The notes below the pieces were generated by a model. It did no database searches. It was not told the origin of the DNA and saw only the letters and a program-made list of their open reading frames with translations. A program made the translations under genes and the position numbers. A stretch of 64,000 nucleotides of DNA from Lachnospiraceae bacterium (lineage in GTDB: Bacteria; Bacillota; Clostridia; Lachnospirales; Lachnospiraceae): the NCBI GenBank assembly GCA_029053015.1, contig JAIDHX010000014.1, forward strand, positions 45,848-109,847. Reading direction: 5' to 3'. Positions 44,589-53,803 of this stretch are shown in pieces (position 1 is the first letter of the stretch; the number at the start of each line of letters is the position of its first letter).

Positions 44589-45323
44589 TTACTTTATCAA
44601 CTGAAGGTACGCTTCCGGCATAAAAGACGTCACTACAATTTGCACCGTCGTCGCTATATTCAAAAGCCAATGCCCTGCCATGATATAGCGGGGATTCTTT
44701 TTACGATAGTATTGATAGCATATCCATATCGTCAGAGGAAGAAATGACAGGAAACGATAGGTTATGAATTGCATATCAAGCATTGTCGGAATGAAACTAT
44801 GCTGCAGGGCGTAGAAAAATGCGGGGATAAAAATAGCTGCCCATTTGGACTGAAAGCCATTTACGCCATACCCCAGATACAATCCATCTTCCGCAACTGT
44901 TGTCGTTATCGGAAGTACCAAAACATTTATTAGGGCAAGATAAGGCGGGATTGGCGCTATCATCATCGGTGCAAGATAGGGGAGTTCACCGTAACAGAGC
45001 CATCCTGCCAGATACATTCCCGCCATACTGATGAACAGCATTATGATAATAAATAAAATTCCTTGGGGGACACTTTCTGTGTTTTTTTCATAATGTATCA
45101 GTTCGCGGTAAGTGATGTGGCGACGCTTGCAAATACGCCATAAAACGAGGATTGTGACAATGTTCAATGCAGATGCTATCACGGACCACCAATGTGTAAT
45201 TTCTGATAAATTTTTGTGGGTCATTATGCTGCATAAGAAAAACACAGCTATAAACAGGAAACAGCGCAAGGGAAGGAAAAGACCTGTTTTTTGATTATTC
45301 TGCATGGTTGCTATCCTCCTCAC
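44589..45323 (-). CDS. CPBP family intramembrane glutamic endopeptidase (Abi/CAAX-like)
   Basis: Polytopic membrane protein with the FFYALQHSF motif. Co-oriented with the tetR-like gene and overlapping it. Confidence 0.75.
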   Translation of the reverse strand: MRRIATMQNNQKTGLFLPLRCFLFIAVFFLCSIMTHKNLSEITHWWSVIASALNIVTILVLWRICKRRHITYRELIHYEKNTESVPQGILFIIIMLFISMAGMYLAGWLCYGELPYLAPMMIAPIPPYLALINVLVLPITTTVAEDGLYLGYGVNGFQSKWAAIFIPAFFYALQHSFIPTMLDMQFITYRFLSFLPLTIWICYQYYRKKNPRYIMAGHWLLNIATTVQIVVTSFMPEAYLQLIK

Positions 45324-45912
45324 CGGCTATGCCGCAAAACAGCATGGTGACTGTATTTGCTACGAATAAATCGCGTTCAGCCTTGGAATACAAATCATAT
45401 CCCAGAATTTCTTTTGCAGCATTTTTGGCAAGAAATGCTGTCTGCATAGCGGAAACAAGAAGGAATACAAGTAACTTTTTTGTTTCTTCATTTTTGTTGT
45501 CTCTGATTGCAAATGCAAACCCTTTCTGTGTATAGACAGAATTGCTGTCTGCCAAGTAATTCTGCATATCATTCAAAATAGATATATTGGCAATTGCCTT
45601 ATTTTCAAAAAGAAAATCAAAGACTTGGCTTGCCCAGGATATTAAACGCATTTTATCGGACAGTCCATCGGATTTTGAGCAATCTGTAATATCGGGCGTA
45701 AAGCCGACCAATATGTTGTTGATTATTTTTTGTACACATTCTGTGATAAGATTTTCTTTGCTTCCAAAAAAATAATTGATGGAACCTAACCCAATATCTG
45801 CTTTTTCTGCAATTAAGCGGGCGGTAATTTTTTTTGTGTCCCCATTATACTTTTCAATCAATTCGGTAGTAATTTCAATAATATGTTTTTTTGCTTTTTC
45901 GTTATCGCGCAT
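45295..45912 (-). CDS. TetR/AcrR family transcriptional regulator
   Basis: N-terminal HTH (ITARLIAEKADIGLGSINYFFGSKENL). RBS GGAGG before the ATG at 45912. Confidence 0.85.
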   Translation of the reverse strand: MRDNEKAKKHIIEITTELIEKYNGDTKKITARLIAEKADIGLGSINYFFGSKENLITECVQKIINNILVGFTPDITDCSKSDGLSDKMRLISWASQVFDFLFENKAIANISILNDMQNYLADSNSVYTQKGFAFAIRDNKNEETKKLLVFLLVSAMQTAFLAKNAAKEILGYDLYSKAERDLFVANTVTMLFCGIAGEEDSNHAE

Positions 45913-46096
45913 GATAACCTCCGTTCTGAACAATGTTCACATATATTATAGTGAACATTGTTCAGAAAATCAAGAGTCAATTTGCATCTTCCTCTTATCC
46001 AATCCACAAAATAAATGAAAAAGAACTTGACTGTAAACTTTGTTGATACTTTATATTTATATATAGTACCGGCTATTACATAGGTGGTACTATGTA

Positions 46097-46325
46097 TGTG
46101 TAGGGGCTGCGAAACTCAGAAACGATACCGTTGTCATTGTACACATAGTATATTCCAACGCAGACTCGCTTTCGCTCCGAGCTTACCGTAGCGGTACGTA
46201 AGCTGCCAAAATACGGCAGCAAGTCATGCCCGGCATGACTTTGGTACCGACGGTAAGCAAAGGTCTGCTTATGGAATATCCTATGTGCACAATTCGAAAC
46301 CGGCAAATAGGAGTTTCACAACTAC
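46097..46325 (+). repeat. Long-hairpin repeat family, copy 4 (with an extra apical hairpin)
   Basis: TGTGTAGGGGCTGCGAAACTCAG...GGAGTTTCACAACTAC. The core carries GCTGCCAAAATACGGCAGC plus the extra hairpin AAGTCATGC-CCG-GCATGACTT. Confidence 0.9.
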
Positions 46326-46342
46326 TTAGTCATATATAAGCA

Positions 46343-46389
46343 TTTGCGAAACTTTCTGTCCCTTGCAGAAACCATTTCGCAATCACCTG
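46343..46389 (+). repeat. Short element carrying only the family termini
   Basis: TTTGCGAAACTTTCTGTCCCTTGCAGAAACCATTTCGCAATCACCTG. Its ends match those of element 20176..20308. Confidence 0.7.
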
Positions 46390-46418
46390 AAAATATACCG
46401 GTGGAAAGGAGCAGCAAC

Positions 46419-47267
46419 ATGACAATAAAGGATGTTGAGGAGCGGACAGGGCTGGCGCGTTCTAATATCCGGTTTTATGAGAAGGAAGGCCTGATAGAAC
46501 CGTCGCGGAATGACAAAAACGGATATAGGGATTATTCTGAAAAGGACGTTGAAACGATTAAAAAAATTGCTTATTTGCGTACCCTGGAAATTTCCATTGA
46601 AGATATCCACTGCATTATGACGGATAAAGTGTCGCTGGCAGAAGTGATAGAAAAGCAGGCTGCAATAATAAAAGAGCAGATTGACGGCTTAAATAAAGCA
46701 AAAGCCATGTGCGAGAGAATGGTGGAGGCCGGAAACCTTAGCTTCGGCGAGTTACAGGTTGAAAAATATGTGGCAGACCTGCCGCATTATTGGAACGATC
46801 ATAAAGCCGTTTTCAAACTGGATTCGGTCGGTTTCCTGCATATATGGGGCAGCCTCATTACATGGATAATTATCACATCTTTATGCCTGATGGCCGGGTT
46901 ATTGTCGTATACAAAATTACCGGATAAAATGCCTGTTCAGTGGAATCATGGAATAGCAGTTTCTTTTATGGACAAAAAAATTATCTTTGCATATCCGCTG
47001 GTCTGTATCATCATCCGTATTTTGTTACGGCCGGTTATCTATGTAAAATTATGCATGCGCCATCCCTACGGAGAGCCCATCACGGAATACCTGACCAACT
47101 ATATGTGCTTTATTGCACTGTCAGTAGAGCTGTTTTCCATACTATTTGTGTTCGGGCTGGTAAAAAGCGTAGTATCCGTTTTGCTTGTAGATACAGTTGT
47201 ACTCATCGGCGTATTGCTAGCTGCCATATCAACCGTCCAACCGTATAAACATAATAACCGCGCATAA
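46419..47267 (+). CDS. MerR family regulator fused to a C-terminal membrane domain
   Basis: MTIKDVEERTGLARSNIRFYEKEGLIEPSRNDKNGYRDYSEKDV, followed by about 4 transmembrane segments. RBS GGAAAGGAG. Confidence 0.85.
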   Translation: MTIKDVEERTGLARSNIRFYEKEGLIEPSRNDKNGYRDYSEKDVETIKKIAYLRTLEISIEDIHCIMTDKVSLAEVIEKQAAIIKEQIDGLNKAKAMCERMVEAGNLSFGELQVEKYVADLPHYWNDHKAVFKLDSVGFLHIWGSLITWIIITSLCLMAGLLSYTKLPDKMPVQWNHGIAVSFMDKKIIFAYPLVCIIIRILLRPVIYVKLCMRHPYGEPITEYLTNYMCFIALSVELFSILFVFGLVKSVVSVLLVDTVVLIGVLLAAISTVQPYKHNNRA

Positions 47268-48083
47268 TACCAATCCGGACATACCGATAATTCCTGTCGG
47301 ATTGGGACCTAACAGTCCGCTTTTGTGTGAAACGGAAATAAAAACAGGAATTTCGCCGATGACATTGACTGCGCCGTGAATAATGGCGCTGTACATAACA
47401 TTATTGCTGATTACCATGACACAGGAACAGATAGTGCCCATTGTCATACATACCAGCATCATCATCGCCATATTGCTCCACGGCGCACCTATATTTTCCG
47501 AGCTGTAATTAAAACCGAAATAAATCAACGGCATATGTGCCAGACCCCAGCAAAAACCATTCAGCAGTATTCCTTTTTTCAGTCCATGTTGGGCAATTTG
47601 TTTTGGAAGCAGGTATTCACGCCAGCCGATTTCCTCGCCAAGCTCCAGCAATTGCAGAGGAATACAAAATGCCGCAATCAATACGCACGCCACGCAAAAT
47701 AAAAGTGGATTACGGATTTGTATGACAGAATCTGTTCCGACTAAACTGCCGATAGCAAAAACGCCGCTGTATTGCGCGGGAAACAGCAGGAAATAGAGAG
47801 CGGCTCCCATTGCAATCAGAATGGCGGGAACGAAGGCGCAAAAAGCCCATAGGATTGGATTTTTCCATAGCTTCAGTGAAAAACGCCACGTTGTTTTATC
47901 CTTCGTGATGCGCCTCGTCAGAATGGCGGCGGTAACCGGAAAGGCAGTAAATCCTTTCTGCAATATCTGATAGGCGGCATTTTCCCTGTTGTTTGGTGTA
48001 AAGAACGCCGCCATGCCAAGCAAAAAACATGTTCCCAGCGTCAATAGCAGATACAGTCGTATTTGTTTTTGGTTATCATTCAT
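47229..48083 (-). CDS. CPBP family intramembrane metalloprotease
   Basis: Polytopic. EEIGWREYL and FCWGLAHMP are the CPBP motifs. Confidence 0.8.
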   Translation of the reverse strand: MNDNQKQIRLYLLLTLGTCFLLGMAAFFTPNNRENAAYQILQKGFTAFPVTAAILTRRITKDKTTWRFSLKLWKNPILWAFCAFVPAILIAMGAALYFLLFPAQYSGVFAIGSLVGTDSVIQIRNPLLFCVACVLIAAFCIPLQLLELGEEIGWREYLLPKQIAQHGLKKGILLNGFCWGLAHMPLIYFGFNYSSENIGAPWSNMAMMMLVCMTMGTICSCVMVISNNVMYSAIIHGAVNVIGEIPVFISVSHKSGLLGPNPTGIIGMSGLVLCAVIMFIRLDG

Positions 48084-48513
48084 TTTTGGTCTGCTCCTTT
48101 AGCTGCTGTATCTTTTTTGTCATTGCTGCGGAATCGGTTATTTCCATGTAATAATCAATCAAATTTACAGCGGCATAGATGATGGCAACTGTCAACATAA
48201 TGGTTATACACAGGGATTTGCTGATTAACGCGCCCGCAAGATAGGAAACCAATAGTACAACCGCTTCAACCAATAAAAATTGAAGAATTTTTCTAAACAC
48301 CATCTGCTTCAGGCCTAGTTCTTTGGAGGAATAGACCACAAAAGAAGGGGGCAGGCAGAAAAGAGCATACACGAATGGCAGGAACAGAATGGAATAGTCC
48401 GGTCTGTCTGCAGATGGACTGGTACATCCGATAATGCCGATGGACAGGGTTATTCCGGCTTGTATCAGAAGAAAGTCAATCATACATTTTTTGAAAAATT
48501 CCCGAAATTCCAT
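48076..48513 (-). CDS. DUF3021-like small membrane protein
   Basis: Four transmembrane segments. Encoded directly downstream of a LytTR gene, the usual pairing. Confidence 0.7.
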   Translation of the reverse strand: MEFREFFKKCMIDFLLIQAGITLSIGIIGCTSPSADRPDYSILFLPFVYALFCLPPSFVVYSSKELGLKQMVFRKILQFLLVEAVVLLVSYLAGALISKSLCITIMLTVAIIYAAVNLIDYYMEITDSAAMTKKIQQLKEQTKNE

Positions 48514-48959
48514 TACAAACCCTCCATAATAGTTTTCTTTACGAACTTTGCATATTTTCTGGATATCATCACTTTTTCACCGTTTTCCATACAGGCAAGG
48601 TAACGTCCGTTCAAAGCAGGGCGGATAGAATTTACTTTCAGCAGACAGATTAGAAACGATTTGGAACAACGTACAAACTTATGAGGTTCCAATTCCCTTT
48701 CCAGCTCATAGAGCCGCTTTTTGATTTCCAATACATTTGTATGGGTATATGCAAATACATTTTCACCTACTGCTTCCACATACAGGATGTCTTTGATATA
48801 AACAGACTGCTGTTCGGCCGCATGCGTATATCCGGTCAGAAAGCTGCTTTTTGCGAGACAGTAATTTTTTATATCCTCAAATTCTTTTGTCATTTCCACA
48901 CATTCAATAATAATCTGCTCTTCCTGTTTTGATAAAACATTTCGTATTTTCACTTTCAT
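48513..48959 (-). CDS. LytTR family DNA-binding protein
   Basis: 148 aa. ILYVEAVGENVFAYTHTNVLEIKKRLYELE...FVRCSKSFLI is the LytTR domain. Confidence 0.85.
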   Translation of the reverse strand: MKVKIRNVLSKQEEQIIIECVEMTKEFEDIKNYCLAKSSFLTGYTHAAEQQSVYIKDILYVEAVGENVFAYTHTNVLEIKKRLYELERELEPHKFVRCSKSFLICLLKVNSIRPALNGRYLACMENGEKVMISRKYAKFVKKTIMEGL

Positions 48960-49259
48960 AATTGCATCGCGTCCTCTCTAAGCTGCCTTGCGTCACATTT
49001 ACTTTAGCAAAATGTTTTTAAAATTTCTACAGCTTTATGATAAGGTGCATTTTAAACGGACAAAATACACATAATTCAGTTTCTCTTTTTAAGTATTATG
49101 ATATAACGAAAATCCTCTTTACAAACATGTATGCATGTGTTACCATCATACATAGTAATAAAAACTACATATAAAAGTTTTGATTACTCTAAATATAATA
49201 CATATAAAAACCTTGCGTTGCAGAAAATAGCAGAGTATACAGGAAAGGTATGGTAAGAC

Positions 49260-50096
49260 ATGAGTTATAAAATTGTTGTGGACAGTTGTTGTGAGCTTCC
49301 AAAAGAACAGCTCCAAAGCGGGAACTTTGAGAGAGTGCCATTGGGAATTGAAATAGGAGACTATAATCTGCTTGACGATGAGAACTTCAACCAGGCGGAT
49401 TTCCTGAAAAGAGTCGCAGCTTACCCCAAATGTCCCAAGTCCTCCTGTCCGTCTCCCGAGAGATATGTAGAGGCGAGTTACACTGATGCAGAACATGTTT
49501 ATGTGGTAACGCTGTCCTCCAAGCTCAGCGGCAGCTATAACAGCGCGGAACTGGGCAAGAGGATGTATCTGGAAAAGTACGGGGAGAAGAAGATACATGT
49601 GGTAGACTCTGAGTCGGCGAGCTGCGGAGAAACGCAGATTGCGCTAAAGCTTCAGGAACTGGAGGAGGAAGGTCTTTCCTTTGAAGAGGTGGTGAAGCGG
49701 ATCATGGCCTTCAGGGACAATATGAATACCTATTTTGTACTGGATAATCTGGAAACGCTGCGGAAAAACGGCAGGCTTTCGAATATCAAAGCGGCAGTGG
49801 CGTCCACGCTGAATATCAAACCGATTATGGGAGCCGATAAGGGCACTATCTTTCAGATGGGGCAGGGCATCGGCATGAAAAAGGCAATTGCCAAAATGGT
49901 GGATAAGATTGCAGAGACGTTAAAGGGAGCGGAGAGAAAGCGGATTATCATATCCCACTGCAATGCAAAAGAAAGAGCAGAAAACGTTATGCGGCTTCTG
50001 CGTGAAAAAATACGGTGTCAGGAAATTATGGTCATGGATACTGCCGGAATCAGCAGCATGTACGCCAATGACGGGGGCGTCATCGTAGCCTTCTGA
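49260..50096 (+). CDS. DegV family fatty-acid-binding protein
   Basis: MSYKIVVDSCCELP...SSCPSP...VTLSSKLSGSYNSA are DegV signatures. Confidence 0.9.
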   Translation: MSYKIVVDSCCELPKEQLQSGNFERVPLGIEIGDYNLLDDENFNQADFLKRVAAYPKCPKSSCPSPERYVEASYTDAEHVYVVTLSSKLSGSYNSAELGKRMYLEKYGEKKIHVVDSESASCGETQIALKLQELEEEGLSFEEVVKRIMAFRDNMNTYFVLDNLETLRKNGRLSNIKAAVASTLNIKPIMGADKGTIFQMGQGIGMKKAIAKMVDKIAETLKGAERKRIIISHCNAKERAENVMRLLREKIRCQEIMVMDTAGISSMYANDGGVIVAF

Positions 50097-50116
50097 GGAA
50101 TCGGTGATGAAATCAC

Positions 50117-50410
50117 TCACATGGTAATCAGTTCTATCGGCGAATAAAAAAGCAGCACAATCAGCAATATCTGGATAATCAGAATGGCAGGCATGCCATA
50201 TACAAATTTAAAATGTCTTGTCTTGTGGCGGAATGTGTACATTCCTGCAATAGCGCCAATGCTGCCTCCAATGATGGCGATGATAAAGAGGGTGGCTTCC
50301 GGAATCCGGAAGGCACCCTTTATTGCTTTTCTTTTATCGATTCCCATAAGGGCAAACGCGATCAGGTTGATAAGCGCGAAATATGCCGCGATAAACAGAA
50401 TCACCATCAT
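50117..50410 (-). CDS. DUF1294 membrane protein
   Basis: LINLIAFALMGIDKRKAIKGAFRIPE...FRHKTRH are characteristic. Confidence 0.8.
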   Translation of the reverse strand: MMVILFIAAYFALINLIAFALMGIDKRKAIKGAFRIPEATLFIIAIIGGSIGAIAGMYTFRHKTRHFKFVYGMPAILIIQILLIVLLFYSPIELITM

Positions 50411-50425
50411 AATAAAATCTCCAAA

Positions 50426-51643
50426 TTACTTGTCGGAAGCCTCTTGAAGCTTCATAGCCCGTACCTTTAAGGAAAGACCGAACAGGTTAATAAAGCCTTC
50501 TGCGTCATGGTGGTCATACAAATCGCCCGTTGTAAAGGAAGCGATGGACTCATTGTACAGGGAGTAGGGGGAGGTGGTGCCGGCTTTTATGATATTGCCC
50601 TTGTAAAGCTTGAATTTGACTTCACCGGTCACATACTCCTGTGTCTTCTCCACGAAAGCCTGAATAGCCTCTCTTAAAGGCGTAAACCATTTTCCTTCAT
50701 AGACGATATCCGCAAAACGATTGCCCATCTCTTTTTTCATGGTGTAGGTATCGCGATCCAGTATCAGCTCTTCAAGCTGCTGGTGCGCTTCCATCAAAAT
50801 GGTGCCGCCGGGAGTCTCATAAACGCCGCGGGACTTCATGCCTACAACACGGTTTTCCACGATGTCGATAATACCGATGCCATGTTTGCCGCCAAGTTTA
50901 TTTAATTCGCGTACAATATCGGAATACTTCATTTTTTTGCCGTTTACGGAGACAGGAATTCCTTTTTCAAATTCCATGGTGACATATTCCCCTTCCTCGG
51001 GCGCTTTTTCAGGCGTGGTGCCGAGAACGAGAAGATGTTCATAGTTGGGCTCGTTGGCAGGATCCTCCAACTCCAGACCTTCGTGGCTGATGTGCCAGAT
51101 GTTGCGGTCGCGGCTGTAGGAGGAATCTGCAGAGAAGGGAAGGTGGATGCCGTGTGCTTCGCAGTAGGCGATTTCTGATTCACGGGAATCCATGGTCCAC
51201 TTGTCATTTCTCCATGCAGCGATGATTTTGATGTCGGGTGCAAGTGCTTTGATGCCAAGCTCGAAACGAATCTGGTCGTTGCCCTTGCCGGTAGCGCCGT
51301 GGCAGATGGCAGCAGCGTTTTCCTTGCGCGCAATCTCCACCAGTTTTTTGGCAATCAGAGGTCTTGCCATGGAAGTACCCAGAAGGTATTTGTTTTCATA
51401 TACGGCATGTGCCTGTACGCAGGGAGCGATGTACTCTTCGCAGAACTCGTCCGTCACGTCCAGAATATACAGCTTTTCTGCGCCGCAGAACTTTGCTCTT
51501 TCTTCCAGACCGTCAAGCTCTTCCTCCTGTCCGCAGTCTATGCAGACACACACAACGTCATAGTCAAAATTCTCCTTTAACCAGGGAATAATGGCGGTGG
51601 TATCAAGACCGCCGGAATATGCAAGTATTACTTTTTCTTTCAT
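50426..51643 (-). CDS. argG: Argininosuccinate synthase
   Basis: AYSGGLDTT is the N-terminal motif. [13 protein letters not shown] and the C-terminal regions are canonical. Confidence 0.95.
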   Translation of the reverse strand: MKEKVILAYSGGLDTTAIIPWLKENFDYDVVCVCIDCGQEEELDGLEERAKFCGAEKLYILDVTDEFCEEYIAPCVQAHAVYENKYLLGTSMARPLIAKKLVEIARKENAAAICHGATGKGNDQIRFELGIKALAPDIKIIAAWRNDKWTMDSRESEIAYCEAHGIHLPFSADSSYSRDRNIWHISHEGLELEDPANEPNYEHLLVLGTTPEKAPEEGEYVTMEFEKGIPVSVNGKKMKYSDIVRELNKLGGKHGIGIIDIVENRVVGMKSRGVYETPGGTILMEAHQQLEELILDRDTYTMKKEMGNRFADIVYEGKWFTPLREAIQAFVEKTQEYVTGEVKFKLYKGNIIKAGTTSPYSLYNESIASFTTGDLYDHHDAEGFINLFGLSLKVRAMKLQEASDK

Positions 51644-51750
51644 GTCTTCACCATGTCCTTCCTGTGCCTTATGTAATGAGGCTTACACTTTCTTCTTTTT
51701 AACTTATTCCCTAATATACAACATCTTTGTCCCGATTGCAAGAGGAAATA

Positions 51751-51815
51751 TGAATATATAATAAAAAATATTTGCATAAATAAGGCACCAAAATGAATAT
51801 TGTGAATTTTCACAT
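51751..51815. promoter_or_regulatory. Candidate ArgR (ARG box) operators upstream of argG
   Basis: TGAATATATAATAAAAAATATTTGCATA and ATGAATATTGTGAATTTTCACAT resemble the TGAAT-AT-rich-ATTCA ARG-box pattern. Confidence 0.35.
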
Positions 51816-51978
51816 AAATAAAATGTATAAAAATGCACAAAAATAATTTAAAAAAGAAGTAAAAGAAAGGCAGTATGGCTATTTTACCTGTGAAAACTTT
51901 ATGTTATACTGTAGAAAGTAATTTTCAGACGGGCGCATGGATGCCGTCTCGGATTAGGCGCCTGAGGAGGATATAGGA

Positions 51979-53298
51979 TTGCTGTATACAGGATATGAGC
52001 TGCTTTGTTTTTTCTTTTTTTATGCGTTTGCCGGCTGGGTGCTGGAGGTGGCGTTTGCTGCCGTTACCAATAAGAAACTGGCAAACAGAGGTTTTTTAAA
52101 CGGACCTCTTTGTCCCGTGTACGGGTGCGGCATGGTGTTCTTGCTGGTATTCTTTGGCGGGCTTCTGCACAATTTATTCTTTCTGTTCCTGGGAAGTATG
52201 GTAGTTACTTCCCTGCTGGAGCTTCTGACCGGTAAGCTGATGGAAAAGCTTTACGGCAGAAAATGGTGGGATTATTCGGATTACAAATATAATTACGGCG
52301 GCTATGTGTGCCTGCGCTTTTCCCTGATATGGGCAGCCGGGGCAGTGGTTCTGATGAGATGGGTCAATCCTTTTGTCACTTCCGTTATTCGTCTGATACC
52401 CGCGCTTGTGGGGAGAATTATCCTGATTGCACTGGTGGTTCTATTGGTCTGTGACTGGCTGGTGACGACCAAAGCCGTTCTGCGGATGAAGAAGCAGGGG
52501 CGCAGAATACAGGAACTGACCGAGGGCATGAACCGGCTGACCGACAGAATGGGCAGCGCCATCTTCGGTGTGATTCAACGAAGAATGGCAAAGGCTTTCC
52601 CGAATATAAGGGAAGAAAGAGCCATTCCGGCAAAAGCCGAAGGGAAAGAAGAGGCGAAAGCCTTTGCAGAAGGCTGTTGCTTTCACAAGCTGGTATGGCT
52701 TTTCTTTCTCGGCGCTTTTTTGGGAGATATCACAGAGACCATTTGGTGTTATGTGACGATGGGAAAGCTGATGAGCCGCAGCAGCGTTATCTATGGCCCA
52801 TTCAGCGTTGTCTGGGGGCTTGCCGTTGTGATGCTGACGCTTTTGTTAGACAGGTACAAGGAAAAACCGGACAGATATATTTTTGTTTTCGGCACGGTGG
52901 TCGGCGGCGCCTACGAATACATATGCAGTGTATTTACGGAGCTGGTGTTCGGGACGGTTTTCTGGGATTACAGCCATATTCCCTTTAATCTGGGGGGAAG
53001 GATTAATCTGCTATTCTGCTTTTTCTGGGGGATTGCAGCGCTGGTATGGCTGAAGTTTGTTTATCCGTTCTTGTCACGCCTGATTGAAAGAGTGCCCAAA
53101 CGCGTGGGAACGTGGCTGAGCCGGCTGTTTATTGTGTTTATGGTGTGCAATATGGCAGTTTCCGCACTTGCCCTTGCCAGATACAGCGACAGGGCGGAGG
53201 GAAAGCCGGCGGGAAACGCCGTCGAGCGTTTTTTAGATGAGCGCTATACTGATGAAAGAATGGAAAAAATTTATCCCAATGCAAAGATGACTTCATAG
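51979..53298 (+). CDS. Polytopic membrane protein with a duplicated domain (putative ABC-transporter type IV-like, DUF1113)
   Basis: Two similar halves, each with a GxxxE...NGPxCPVYG/YGPFSVVWG type pattern. TTG start. Confidence 0.6.
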   Translation: MLYTGYELLCFFFFYAFAGWVLEVAFAAVTNKKLANRGFLNGPLCPVYGCGMVFLLVFFGGLLHNLFFLFLGSMVVTSLLELLTGKLMEKLYGRKWWDYSDYKYNYGGYVCLRFSLIWAAGAVVLMRWVNPFVTSVIRLIPALVGRIILIALVVLLVCDWLVTTKAVLRMKKQGRRIQELTEGMNRLTDRMGSAIFGVIQRRMAKAFPNIREERAIPAKAEGKEEAKAFAEGCCFHKLVWLFFLGAFLGDITETIWCYVTMGKLMSRSSVIYGPFSVVWGLAVVMLTLLLDRYKEKPDRYIFVFGTVVGGAYEYICSVFTELVFGTVFWDYSHIPFNLGGRINLLFCFFWGIAALVWLKFVYPFLSRLIERVPKRVGTWLSRLFIVFMVCNMAVSALALARYSDRAEGKPAGNAVERFLDERYTDERMEKIYPNAKMTS

Positions 53299-53334
53299 CG
53301 GCATTTGCACATGGGTACGAGGGAGGAAAAGACT

Positions 53335-53784
53335 GTGTATACAATAAGAACAATGACAATAGAGGATTATGAGGGCGTCTACGCCTTGTGGATGAGCATA
53401 AAAGGCTTTGCCATCAGGAGCATCGACGACTCAAAGGAGGGTGTTGCGCGCTTTCTTTTGCGCAATCCCGATACCAGCGTGGTCGCGGAGGAAGACGGCA
53501 GAATCATTGGCGCCATACTGTGCGGGCATGACGGCAGACGAGGCTGTCTGTATCATGTCTGCGTCAGACAGGAGTGCCGGATGCGGGGCGTAGGAAAGGC
53601 GATGGTAGTATTCTGTATGGAAAAGCTGAAAGCAGAGCAAATCAGCAAGGTATCCCTGATTGCGTTTACGGCAAATGATGTGGGAAACGCTTTTTGGCGG
53701 CGTATTGGCTGGACAAAAAGGGAGGATTTGAATTATTATGATTTTGTACTGAATGCGGAGAATATAACAGCGTTTAATGAATAA
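53335..53784 (+). CDS. GNAT family N-acetyltransferase
   Basis: Acetyl-CoA motif RMRGVGKAMV. GTG start 8 nt after GAGGGAGG. Confidence 0.8.
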   Translation: MYTIRTMTIEDYEGVYALWMSIKGFAIRSIDDSKEGVARFLLRNPDTSVVAEEDGRIIGAILCGHDGRRGCLYHVCVRQECRMRGVGKAMVVFCMEKLKAEQISKVSLIAFTANDVGNAFWRRIGWTKREDLNYYDFVLNAENITAFNE

Positions 53785-53803
53785 AGAAGAGAGGTAGGGT
53801 TTT

